From assembly GCA_963771175.1 (NCBI GenBank), contig CAVYSY010000032.1:352001-416000 (forward strand): 64,000 nt of DNA, read 5' to 3'. Shown here piece after piece: positions 29,008 to 37,838 of the stretch (its first letter is position 1; each line of letters begins with the position of its first letter). The stretch comes from an uncultured delta proteobacterium (lineage in GTDB: Bacteria; Myxococcota; Myxococcia; Myxococcales; Myxococcaceae). The position numbers and the translations under genes are program-made. The notes beneath the pieces were generated by a model, which was not told where the DNA came from, searched no databases, and worked only from the letters and a program-made list of their open reading frames with translations.

Positions 29008-30077
29008 GAGGCCCTTTCGTCATGACTCGTCATCTTCGATACGCAGCACTCATGGGCGCCTGTCTGCTGGGGATGGGCTGTGAGGAGACTCCCCCCCCGG
29101 GTCTGTCCGAGTTCGTCCCGGAAGCGCAGTACGTCGCCCCGGGCAGCTTCAGCCTGCACACCCGCATCTCCGGTCTGGCGTGGGACCCCGAGGCGTACTT
29201 CATGACCCTCGCCGCATGCGGGCCCACCTGCCCCATGCCGCCGTTCCTGTCCGAGGGCCTCCCGCTGTTCCAGCACGCGGCGGTGCAAAACGCCGCCATC
29301 TCCGCCTTTGATCCGCTCACCCAGACGACCACGGGTGACGCGACGACGACGGATGGGGTGGGCATCTGGGTCCTGCCTCAGGTCCCCAGCCGCGCCACCG
29401 CGCCGTACTTCATCCTCGCGGAGGCGCAGGGCTCCCTGCCCTCGGCGGTGGCCGGCCCGCCGCTGCCCAACGTGCCTTCCGCTCCGTACCTGCGGACCCT
29501 GACGCTGCGCCCCATCACCACCGTCGCCGGTATGTGCCTGTCCATGGAGGCCGTCCACATCAGCTCCCAGGGCATTCTGGAGGCGGTCGCCAAGTACCTG
29601 TCGTCCAAGGGCACGTCCACGCTCGTGTCGGACCTGGTGAACCCCACCCGGTATCACTCCGTGACCGTCCTGGGCCTCTTCCACGGGGGCAACGGCGCGA
29701 ATCGAGCCCCCGCGGATCAGATCGCCGTCGAGTCCTCCGTGGGGCAGGTGTACCACATCAACTGGGCGCCTCCCGGGAGCGATTCGGACCCGCTGCGCTC
29801 CTCGCGTGGCTTCATCGTCACGGAGTCCCAGAAGACGCCGGTGGGCTTCGCCGTGGTGCTGGTCCCCGCGACGTTGCCTCGTCCGGAGAAGATCACCTAC
29901 ACGGTGAAGGACACGAAGGAGGATGACGTGGCGCGCCGGCCTTGGTTCTACCCGCCCATCTCCGCGCCGCCCCAGTCGGGAGTCATCACCTTCATTGGTG
30001 CGCAGATGGGCTACCAGCCGCCGTCCATTCCGATCTTCCAGCTGCCACCGCCGCCCACCGCCTGCGTTCCCATGTAG
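29004..30077 (+). CDS. Hypothetical Pro-rich lipoprotein (start may be 29022)
   Basis: ATGA overlap with cytochrome stop; lipobox GMGC. Confidence 0.75.
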   Translation: MRGPFVMTRHLRYAALMGACLLGMGCEETPPPGLSEFVPEAQYVAPGSFSLHTRISGLAWDPEAYFMTLAACGPTCPMPPFLSEGLPLFQHAAVQNAAISAFDPLTQTTTGDATTTDGVGIWVLPQVPSRATAPYFILAEAQGSLPSAVAGPPLPNVPSAPYLRTLTLRPITTVAGMCLSMEAVHISSQGILEAVAKYLSSKGTSTLVSDLVNPTRYHSVTVLGLFHGGNGANRAPADQIAVESSVGQVYHINWAPPGSDSDPLRSSRGFIVTESQKTPVGFAVVLVPATLPRPEKITYTVKDTKEDDVARRPWFYPPISAPPQSGVITFIGAQMGYQPPSIPIFQLPPPPTACVPM

Positions 30078-30086
30078 TCGGATGAA

Positions 30087-30112
30087 GTGAGGGGGAGCCA
30101 GCTCCCCCTCAC
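30087..30112. repeat. Perfect 12-bp inverted repeat upstream of patB-like gene
   Basis: GTGAGGGGGAGC-CA-GCTCCCCCTCAC. Confidence 0.6.
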
Positions 30113-30126
30113 CCCAGGCCCAAGAC

Positions 30127-31287
30127 ATGGCTCACGACTTCGACCAGCTCCTCGACCGCGGAAACAGCGACAGCCTCAAGTGGCGCAAGTACGGGGCGGA
30201 CGTCCTGCCCATGTGGGTCGCGGACATGGACTTCCGCTCCCCGGAGCCGGTGATCCACGCCCTGCGCGAGCGCATCGAGCAGGGGGTCTTTGGCTATCCC
30301 CACGAGCCCCAGCCCGGGCTCGTGGAGAGCGTCACCGCATATCTCCTGGAGCACCATGGCTGGCGGGTGTCGCCCGAGGCCATCGTGCTCCTCCCCGGGC
30401 TCATCCCGGGCTTCAATGTCGCCTGCCGGGCCGTCACGCAGCCCGGGGATGGAGTCCTGGTCCAGGTGCCGGCGTATCCGCCCCTGCTCCAGTGCCCGAA
30501 GAACGCCGGGCTCAGCCTGGACGCGGTGCGCCTGGTGCGGGGCTCCAGCGGCGCATACGAGCTCGACTGGGACTCCTTCCAGGGAGCGCTCCACCCACGC
30601 TCGCGCGTGCTGCTCCTGTGCAATCCCCACAATCCCCTGGGGCGCGTCTTCCGGCGGGAGGAGCTCACCCGCATGGCCGAGACCTGCCTGCGGAACGATC
30701 TGATCATCGTCTCCGATGAGATCCACTGCGATCTGGTGTTCGGTGGCCACACGCACACCTGCATCGCCACGCTCGGCCCGGAGGTGGAGGCGCGCACCAT
30801 CACCCTCATGTCTCCGAGCAAGACCTTCAACATCGCCGGACTCAAGATGGCGTTCGCGGTCATCCCGAACGCCGCGCTCCGGGAACGGTTCCTCGCGGCG
30901 CGCGTGGACATGCTGCCGTCCCCCAACATCCTCGGAGGGGTGGCGATGCAGGCCGCCTACCGGGAGGGCCAGCCGTGGCTCCGCGAGCTACGGGAGTACC
31001 TGGAGGCCAACCGCGACTTCCTCGTGGACTTCGTGCGCCGGTACTTCCCCGGTGTCCGCATGGTGGCGCCCGAGGGGACGTACCTGGCCTGGCTGGACTG
31101 CCGCGAAGCGGAGCTTCCGGGGAACGCCACCGCCTTCTTCCTCGAGCACGCGCGTGTGGCGCTCAGCCCCGGGGAGAGCTTTGGCCCGGGCGGAGAGGGC
31201 TGCGTCCGGCTCAACTTCGGCTGCCCGCGGGCGCTGCTGAGCGAGGGGCTGGAGCGAATGCGCCAGGCGCTGGAGCGGCGGCGCTGA
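30127..31287 (+). CDS. PatB/MalY-family PLP-dependent C-S lyase
   Basis: SLKW, LPMWVADMDF, LLCNPHNP, SDEIHCD, SPSKTFN (PLP Lys), EGTYLAWLD, VRLNFG. Confidence 0.93.
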   Translation: MAHDFDQLLDRGNSDSLKWRKYGADVLPMWVADMDFRSPEPVIHALRERIEQGVFGYPHEPQPGLVESVTAYLLEHHGWRVSPEAIVLLPGLIPGFNVACRAVTQPGDGVLVQVPAYPPLLQCPKNAGLSLDAVRLVRGSSGAYELDWDSFQGALHPRSRVLLLCNPHNPLGRVFRREELTRMAETCLRNDLIIVSDEIHCDLVFGGHTHTCIATLGPEVEARTITLMSPSKTFNIAGLKMAFAVIPNAALRERFLAARVDMLPSPNILGGVAMQAAYREGQPWLRELREYLEANRDFLVDFVRRYFPGVRMVAPEGTYLAWLDCREAELPGNATAFFLEHARVALSPGESFGPGGEGCVRLNFGCPRALLSEGLERMRQALERRR

Positions 31288-31295
31288 GCGGGACG

Positions 31296-31321
31296 CCGGG
31301 CGCCTCCCAAGAGGCGCCCGG
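31296..31321. terminator. Hairpin between convergent C-S lyase and methyltransferase genes
   Basis: CCGGGCGCCTC-CCAA-GAGGCGCCCGG followed by ACCGTTTT. Confidence 0.6.
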
Positions 31322-31330
31322 ACCGTTTTC

Positions 31331-31997
31331 TCAGGAGCCTGTCCCGGGCGTGAGCAGCCAGGCGCTCTCGGACGTCGAGAATGCGGTTGGTCGGAGGACC
31401 GACCACTTCCTCGCCACGGCCGACCAGCTCGAGGTGGAACCTGTCCCCCCACTTCTGCTGGACCTCCTCGGGAGGAATCGAGAAGGGAGGGCCAGGGAAG
31501 GTGCTGCTCTCGTAGGCCACGCTGAGCAGCAGCCCGCTGGTGCTGGGGGCCAGCAGTTCGCGCTTCATGTGCTGGACATAGCGCTCGCGCATCGCCGGGG
31601 GCAGGGCGATCAATGAGGCCCGATCGTAGAAGGCGGCCAGGGGCCCGGTCTGAGCGGTGCTCAGCTCGAAGAAATCGCCCTCATAGAGGGTGATGGGCTG
31701 GTCCTTGGCGCGGTGGACCCGGAAGCGGCCTTCGGTGACCGGCTCGGCGGCGGCGAGGCGGTTCTCGGAGAAGAAGGCCTTACAGGCGATCCCGCTGAGC
31801 TCGACGCCCACCACTTTGTAGCCCTGAGCCGCCAGCCACAGCATGTCCACGGACTTGCCACACAGGGGCACGAAGACCGTCGCCCCTCGAGCGACCCCCA
31901 GCCGCCCGAAGTTCGCGCTGAGGAACGTCTCGACCTCGGGCTGGTGGAAGCTGGTCTGCCCCATCTGCCAACGCTCGTGCCAGAACTGACTCTCCAT
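31331..31997 (-). CDS. Thiopurine S-methyltransferase (TPMT) family; one-base indel near 31382
   Basis: FWHERW, VFVPLCGKSVDM, GVELS, GDFF, YDRASLIALP, GPPF; removing one base gives ...RFSTSESAWLLTPGTGS* ending at 31331. Confidence 0.9.
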
Positions 31998-32034
31998 GCC
32001 GTGCTGTCTCCCGTGGTGCCGCACCTCGCGCCCT

Positions 32035-33222
32035 TCAGCGGATGAGGTTGCGTTGAGTCTCGTCGCGGTGCTTCTTGAGGTAGTGCGTGAAGGGCGTGCC
32101 GCCCGTGCCCTGCTCACCCTGCGAGGAGCCCTGCTCGCGGGCTGGCTGGATGATATAGCGGGCCGTCATTTCCATGTGCTTCTGCCGGAAGATGCCCAGC
32201 AGCTCGAGGCAGGTGTTGTAGGCCTCCACGAGCTCGGGTGAGCGGTGCGACAGGATGTACTCCCGGAGCGAGGGCCCTTGCTCCATGGCCTCGAGGAAGG
32301 CCAGGTGCGCGGGAGGAATGTAGCGGCGCAGCTCCAGCAGGTACCGGTGCAGCGTGTCCTCCGAGGAGTGCCGCACTCCCAGCACCGCGTCGAGCAGCGG
32401 CAGGATCATGCTCTGCGCCGCGCTCGCCCCCGCGAACGGCTGCGGCTGGCCCCCGAGCTCCTCCACTCCCTCGTACACCACCGGCATCTCGAGGAAGCCG
32501 TGGAGGAAGGGCTGGATGCGGCTGAAGAAGATGGACGGCTCGCAGCGCTCCGTCATCCGCAGCATCACGCGCTCCGTCTCCCGCTGGGCCTCGGCGATGA
32601 GCAGCAGTTGCGACAGGAGCAGCTCGGGCGTGTCCGCCACCACCGCTTCCCGCGCGGCCGCCGCGGCCGAGATGATGGGCTCGGCCTGGGCTTCGATGTT
32701 CACGTGCACGAGGATGAACCAGGACTCGTCCAGTCCCCCCAGGAACGTCTGAAGCACCATCAGGTTCCCCAGCGCGATGGGGCCCTGGGGATCAATCCGC
32801 CGCCAGTTGTTCAGCGCGTGCGAGCTGTACGCGAGCACCGGCGGACGCCCCAGCCGCTTCGCCACCTGCATCCAGGGCACCGCCACGCTGCGCGGGAAGC
32901 TCAGCTGCGGCTGCTGCCGCCCCTTCTCCCATACCGCCGCATGCCCGAAGAAGGACAGCAGCATCATGGCCCGCTCCAGGTGCCGAGGCTCCTCCAGCAG
33001 TCGGGGTTCCAGCAGTGGCAGCCGCGCGATGTGCTCGCGAGCCCTCCCGGCGGCCAGCAGGCCCGGCAGCTCACTGCCCAGCTCGTCCCAGGGCGCGAAG
33101 GCCTCGGGTAGCCGGAGGCAGGGATCCTCCTCGGGCAGAAAGCCTCGCCTGGGAAAGGGCAGGCTCTGGAGGGAGAGCCCCTCCGCACCCGGTCCACACG
33201 CCATCTTCGTGCGTTGCTCCAC
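32035..33222 (-). CDS. Indoleamine 2,3-dioxygenase / PrnB-like heme enzyme
   Basis: RGFLP, LGRPPVLAY..NW, DESWFILVH, GASAAQS, FRQKH (proximal His), GTGGT loop. Confidence 0.9.
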   Translation of the reverse strand: MEQRTKMACGPGAEGLSLQSLPFPRRGFLPEEDPCLRLPEAFAPWDELGSELPGLLAAGRAREHIARLPLLEPRLLEEPRHLERAMMLLSFFGHAAVWEKGRQQPQLSFPRSVAVPWMQVAKRLGRPPVLAYSSHALNNWRRIDPQGPIALGNLMVLQTFLGGLDESWFILVHVNIEAQAEPIISAAAAAREAVVADTPELLLSQLLLIAEAQRETERVMLRMTERCEPSIFFSRIQPFLHGFLEMPVVYEGVEELGGQPQPFAGASAAQSMILPLLDAVLGVRHSSEDTLHRYLLELRRYIPPAHLAFLEAMEQGPSLREYILSHRSPELVEAYNTCLELLGIFRQKHMEMTARYIIQPAREQGSSQGEQGTGGTPFTHYLKKHRDETQRNLIR

Positions 33223-33279
33223 TTCGCGACCCCTTGGGTGCGCACCTGGGGCAGGCTGCCCCCGGCGCTCGGCTTGATT

Positions 33280-34123
33280 CTATTCGGGGCTGGGCCGCTG
33301 GAACTCGCTCAGCATCTCCTGGAGCATGCTCACGCACTCTGGGGTCAGCTGGGCCTGGTTGCGCGCGATGAAACCCTTCAGCTCCACGCACCCCTCCTGC
33401 TGGAACCGGCTCAGGTAGGACTGAACGAACTCCTTGCGATCATTGAGGAAGGCGATGTCCGGCCGCACCATGTTGCGAATCACCAGCAGCGAAGGAGAAG
33501 CGCGCAGCGGATGCCAGCTCGGGTTGCGAAGGCCCGTCTTCACGTTGGTGGGGAAGAACTCGCCCAGCATGAGCGCATGCTTCACGAAGGAGGGCTTGAG
33601 CCGCTCGTGGAGATTGCTGATGAACTCCGGCTCCAGAGACTGGCGGCAGCCCGGTGAAGATCACCACGATGGTCTTGAACTGCCCCTGGCTGAATTCAGT
33701 CGGCGCCATCTCCAGGAAGTGATTGCGCAACAGGTGGAACGTCCGCTCCACCTCGTCCAGGCGCAGGTGCGCCTCATGTTGCAGCGTCAGGTGATACAGC
33801 CGGCGCTGGATGGACTTCTCCACCCAGGGGCACACCGAGCCCGTGCGCCCCAGATCCGGGTGAGGCCGGGTCAGGAAGTCGCGAGACCACTGCGCCACGA
33901 CCCTCAGGTACTCCATCTCCGTCGCGGAGCATCCCTCGAGCAGCGCGCCCTCCTCCAGGTTCAGCACATCCAGTGCCTGATACAGCGTCGGTAGCGCTTG
34001 CTCCGCGGGCTCCGCCGGGCTTTCCCGTAGAAGCCTGAGTTGCTCCGCGCCGTTTCGCACCGAATCGGAAACAGGCTGCCGAGTCGTGCTGTCGCTGGGA
34101 CATGGCAAAGGTAGAGGCTGCAT
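33280..34123 (-). CDS. DUF6875-like protein; frameshift near 33640
   Basis: W.RDFLTRPHPDLGRTGSVCPWV in one frame; LHERLKPSFV..LMLGEFFP..GLRNP.WHPLRASP..VIRNMV..D in the other; GGAGG RBS before ATG 34123. Confidence 0.7.
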
Positions 34124-34207
34124 CAACGGCACCTCCCGCACGAAGCGTGATCAAGGTGGGTTCAGAGGGAACAGCTCTTTCTCTGACTCCAAGAGTAGGG
34201 GAAGAAC

Positions 34208-34223
34208 ATTGTTACATAACAAT
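34208..34223. promoter_or_regulatory. Perfect palindrome in AT-rich promoter region of the DUF6875-IDO-TPMT unit
   Basis: ATTGTTA-CA-TAACAAT within the AT-rich 34170-34260 stretch. Confidence 0.6.
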
Positions 34224-34330
34224 ACGAGAAAAAATAGGTTTGGTGAAAAACTCCTCCGAAGGCGCAACTCCGCCCTTCTGAGACATTCTTGTCCCAGCGG
34301 CTCACGGCGGAGCAGAGCGGGGCCGCGCGC

Positions 34331-34984
34331 CTAACGCAGCTCGTCGAGCCAGGCGCGGAAGAGGGCCTTGCCCCCAGCGACGGCGGCGCGCACCTCGCGC
34401 TGCGGCCAGCTTTCGACGGTGGCGCCCAGCCCGCGACCGGCGCCGTAGGCGACCAGTTCGGGCATCTCCGGGTGGAACTGCACCGTCCAGCGATGTCTGG
34501 GATAGCGGAGCGCTTGGAGTCCCGCCGCGTCCTCCGCCCAGACGGTGGCCCCGGCGGGCACACCCACCACATGCTCGGAGTGCATGTGCATGACCCAACC
34601 CGTGAAGTCCGGGAGTCCCGGCAGCTGGAGCGGGTGTACCCCGACCTGGGGATGGGACATCTTCACCACGCGGGAGCCCAGCACACGGGCCAGGAGCTGA
34701 TGGCCACCGCAGATGCCCAGCAGCGGCACGTCCTGCCAGGTGCCCATCCACTCGCCCAGCCGCAGCCGCCACGGCTCGGTGTCGTTGGCCGAGCCCGCGC
34801 TGCCGCCCACCACCACGCCGGCGTAGCTCCTCGGGTCGGGCAGCGGCTCGCAGGTGGCATCCACCACGTGCACCTCATGACCCAGCTCCGCGAACAGCGG
34901 TGGGACCTGCAGCCGCTCGTCCGGCAGCGCGGAGCGGCGCGGGTGATCATGAGACATGATCTGCGACAGGTAGAGGACTCGCAC
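34331..34984 (-). CDS. Stand-alone class I glutamine amidotransferase-like hydrolase
   Basis: GVVVGGS, LGICGGHQ (Cys nucleophile), VQFHPE (His-Glu). Confidence 0.88.
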   Translation of the reverse strand: MRVLYLSQIMSHDHPRRSALPDERLQVPPLFAELGHEVHVVDATCEPLPDPRSYAGVVVGGSAGSANDTEPWRLRLGEWMGTWQDVPLLGICGGHQLLARVLGSRVVKMSHPQVGVHPLQLPGLPDFTGWVMHMHSEHVVGVPAGATVWAEDAAGLQALRYPRHRWTVQFHPEMPELVAYGAGRGLGATVESWPQREVRAAVAGGKALFRAWLDELR

Positions 34985-35010
34985 GCCCGCTCGAGTGTAG
35001 CGGCGTCGTC

Positions 35011-36267
35011 CTAGCCGGACAAGACCGCCCCGGGCCACGGCGCCTCCGTGGGCGAGGCCAGATGGGGCATCACCTCCTCGGCGAAGTAGCGCATCTGCGA
35101 GACGACGTCCTCATGGTCCTTGGCGAACTCGAACCAGAGCATGAGGCGATCCTCCGGGTGGAAGCCCCGGGGATCTCCGGATGAGAGCTGCTCGCGCACC
35201 CTCGCCGCATCCCCCACCAGCACACGCGCCATGAGATCCTCCTTGCGGGGAATGTTCACCGTGCCACGCATGCCCTCGATGTAGACGTCCAGCCCGCGAG
35301 ACGCCATGGCCTCGGCCTTCTTGCAATCCTTGTCGATGAAGATGAGCGAGGTGCGAGGCATGCGGCTGCGGTGCCACAGGCGGCCCCCGGCGAGGCTGCG
35401 CTCTCGCATCTCGGCATGAACGGCGTCCAGCACGGCCGGTGGCGTGACAGAGAGGCTGAAGAGGTCCAGATCCGCGTGGCGCAGGCCGAGCTCCCGCGCG
35501 AGTGGATCCATCGAGCCCAGCACGAAGCGGCAGAACGCGGAGGCGTTGGCGGGCAGGGCCGGGACGAGCCGGAGAGGCTCGAAGACCCAGCGCGGCTGGT
35601 AGCGCAGGCGCTCCGGCGAGGAGCCTGCTCGCGGCGGCAGCTGCTTCACCTCGGCCTGGAAGCGGCTCCAGGCGGCCTCGGTGGGGAAGCACTCCCGGGT
35701 GAAGGCATGAGGCGTCACGTCCTCCGAGCCGAGCACCTCCCCATTGCTCAACCGCAGGAAGATCTCCAGGGCCTCCAGGAAGATGAAGCGTTTGTAGTGC
35801 TCCCAGAGCAGCTCCTCCTCGCGATCCCGGGGGACGATGCCAAAGGGCTTGTTGATGTAGGGGAAGCGCCCGCTGGCGACACCGATGTGCAGCTTGCGAG
35901 GCGTCTCCCGGAGACTGTTGAGGAAGGCGAGGGCGCGGATGCGGTCCGCGGCGGCAATGGGCCCCCCGTTGCCGCCGACGATGTTGTAGATGGCCGTCCC
36001 GAAGCCGATGCGCCGGGTGCGCTCGAACACCTGTTGGGCCAGCTGGGGGCTGTCGTTGTTCAGCCCCACCTCCCCCACGTAATAGGGGACGACCGGCTCC
36101 TTGTGACGCTTCTGGACCTCACTGGAGAAGTGGGATTCGGCCGTCCACCAGGTGCCGAACCCGAGCTCGTCGGCGACGACGGCCTGCGCGAAGAACTCCT
36201 GGAACGTCTGCCTCTCGGACTGCTCCCAGGAGAAGGTCCCCAGGGAATGGAACACGTCAAAGTACAT
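35011..36267 (-). CDS. Luciferase-like (LLM class) flavin-dependent monooxygenase
   Basis: ADELGFGTWWTAESHF, TRRIGFGTA, LVGDAARVREQL, MRYFAEEVMP; GGAGG RBS. Confidence 0.85.
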   Translation of the reverse strand: MYFDVFHSLGTFSWEQSERQTFQEFFAQAVVADELGFGTWWTAESHFSSEVQKRHKEPVVPYYVGEVGLNNDSPQLAQQVFERTRRIGFGTAIYNIVGGNGGPIAAADRIRALAFLNSLRETPRKLHIGVASGRFPYINKPFGIVPRDREEELLWEHYKRFIFLEALEIFLRLSNGEVLGSEDVTPHAFTRECFPTEAAWSRFQAEVKQLPPRAGSSPERLRYQPRWVFEPLRLVPALPANASAFCRFVLGSMDPLARELGLRHADLDLFSLSVTPPAVLDAVHAEMRERSLAGGRLWHRSRMPRTSLIFIDKDCKKAEAMASRGLDVYIEGMRGTVNIPRKEDLMARVLVGDAARVREQLSSGDPRGFHPEDRLMLWFEFAKDHEDVVSQMRYFAEEVMPHLASPTEAPWPGAVLSG

Positions 36268-36305
36268 GCGAACCTCCTGCCCGCGCGGCCATCGACACCG
36301 GGAGC

Positions 36306-37010
36306 TCACTCGATCACGGTGACGGGCAGTGCTGTCTCCCGGACTCCCACCTCGGTTCGCTCCACGCGCCAGGCCTGGGCCTTCTCTCGCGAGGAAATGG
36401 TGTGGGAGAGCTGGGTGCCGATGAAGTGGAACCCCACGCCATCATCGGCGGCGAGCCCTCCCGGCAGGCCCTCGGCGATGAAGCGGTGGTAGGCCGGCCG
36501 GCGCGCCGGCTCGGAGTCATAGTGGGGGCACAGCGTGCCCGGCAGCAGCCCCAGCCCATTGTGGAAGGAGGAGAGCGACCCCAGTGAGTCCGTGAGTCCA
36601 CCCTCGAACCAGCACATGGCTCCGGCGCTCATCCCGCACAGCAGCACGCCCTGCTCCCAGGCCTCCTTGAGCACCGCGTCCAGCCCGTGCAGCCGCCAGA
36701 GCGCGAGCATGTTGAGCGTATTGCCCGGACCGACGAAGACGGCATCCTGCCGGAGGATGAGCTCGCGCAGCTCCTCCTTGCCCCGGCTGAAGAGCGACAG
36801 GTGCGTGGGCTGGCAGCGGCTGGCCGGGTAGGCCTGGTAGAAGCGGACGATGAAGTCGGCCGCATCCCCGCTCGCCGTGGGGATGAAGCACACGCGCCTC
36901 CGGGTGTTCTCCAGGAGCCCCAGCAGGTAGTTGTCCAGGCGCGGGTTGCCCGGCTCCATCAGGAAGCCGCCCCCGCTCAGGGCCACGATCTGTCGTGCCT
37001 CCATTGCCAT
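36306..37010 (-). CDS. Peptidase E (S51) family
   Basis: FIPTASGD, GxGNT, GMSAGA (Ser nucleophile), CPHY (His). Confidence 0.9.
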   Translation of the reverse strand: MAMEARQIVALSGGGFLMEPGNPRLDNYLLGLLENTRRRVCFIPTASGDAADFIVRFYQAYPASRCQPTHLSLFSRGKEELRELILRQDAVFVGPGNTLNMLALWRLHGLDAVLKEAWEQGVLLCGMSAGAMCWFEGGLTDSLGSLSSFHNGLGLLPGTLCPHYDSEPARRPAYHRFIAEGLPGGLAADDGVGFHFIGTQLSHTISSREKAQAWRVERTEVGVRETALPVTVIE

Positions 37011-37127
37011 GTCCTCTCCTTCCGGCCCCACTATAGCAGCGAGCCGCGGCGACTCCTGGGCCCTGGACAGCCCTGGCGGGGAAGGGCAACCTCCGCGCTC
37101 CTTCCACCCCCCACGAGGACATCAAGC

Positions 37128-37745
37128 ATGAAGGTCTACAACAATCCCTTCTCGGGTTCCGGATTCAAGATCACCGCCGTCATCCACGAGCTGGGTCTGA
37201 GCAACGTGGAGGTCATCACCGTTGACCTGGCCAAGGGCCAGCACCAGGAGCCCTGGTTCCGGGCCATCAACCCCAACGCCAAGGTCCCCGCGCTGGTGGA
37301 CGGGGATTTCGTCCTCTGGGAGTCCAACGCGATCATCACCTACCTGGGCGCGCTGGTGCCGGAGCGCGGGCTGATGCCGACCGACGCGCGCGGCATGGCC
37401 GAGGTGCAGAAGTGGCTGCACTGGCAGTCCTTCGCCTTCTACAACGACACCTTCAAGGTCATCTGGAACACCTACTACCAGAAGCTCTTTGGCCACCCGA
37501 AGGACGAGAAGGTGCTCGCCGAGGGCCGGGAGCTGGTGGAGCGTGATCTCAAGGTGCTCGAGGAGTCACTGAAGGACCGCGAGTACCTGACGGGCAAGCT
37601 CTCCGTCGCCGACTTCGCGATCGCCTCGAACCTGCTGGTGCGCGACATGGCGGGCATCGACCTCAAGCCCTTCCCCCACGTGAAGGCCTGGGTCGAGCGC
37701 ATGGAGGCCCGCCCGAGCATGCAGAAGGCCCGGCCGCCGGTGTAG
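37128..37745 (+). CDS. Glutathione S-transferase family protein
   Basis: INPNAKVPALVD, LWESNAIITYL, LSVADFA, FPHVKAWVERM..RPS. Confidence 0.93.
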   Translation: MKVYNNPFSGSGFKITAVIHELGLSNVEVITVDLAKGQHQEPWFRAINPNAKVPALVDGDFVLWESNAIITYLGALVPERGLMPTDARGMAEVQKWLHWQSFAFYNDTFKVIWNTYYQKLFGHPKDEKVLAEGRELVERDLKVLEESLKDREYLTGKLSVADFAIASNLLVRDMAGIDLKPFPHVKAWVERMEARPSMQKARPPV

Positions 37746-37766
37746 GCGCCTCAGTCCAGGCTCCAA

Positions 37767-37788
37767 GCCCCCTGCTTCGGCAGGGGGC
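37767..37788. terminator. Hairpin between convergent GST and gshA
   Basis: GCCCCCTGC-TTCG-GCAGGGGGC (UUCG loop). Confidence 0.6.
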
Positions 37789-37838
37789 CATTCAGCACAC
37801 AGGGCTCATCCCTTGGAGCCGACTGTGCGGACACTCCA

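Noticed and set aside
30957..31330. C-terminal extension of TPMT overlapping the C-S lyase gene
   Set aside because: A one-base correction gives a normal TPMT end at 31331, just before a hairpin separating the convergent genes.
32035..33222. Pyrrolnitrin (prnABCD) cluster
   Set aside because: No flavin-dependent halogenases or Rieske oxygenase in the window.
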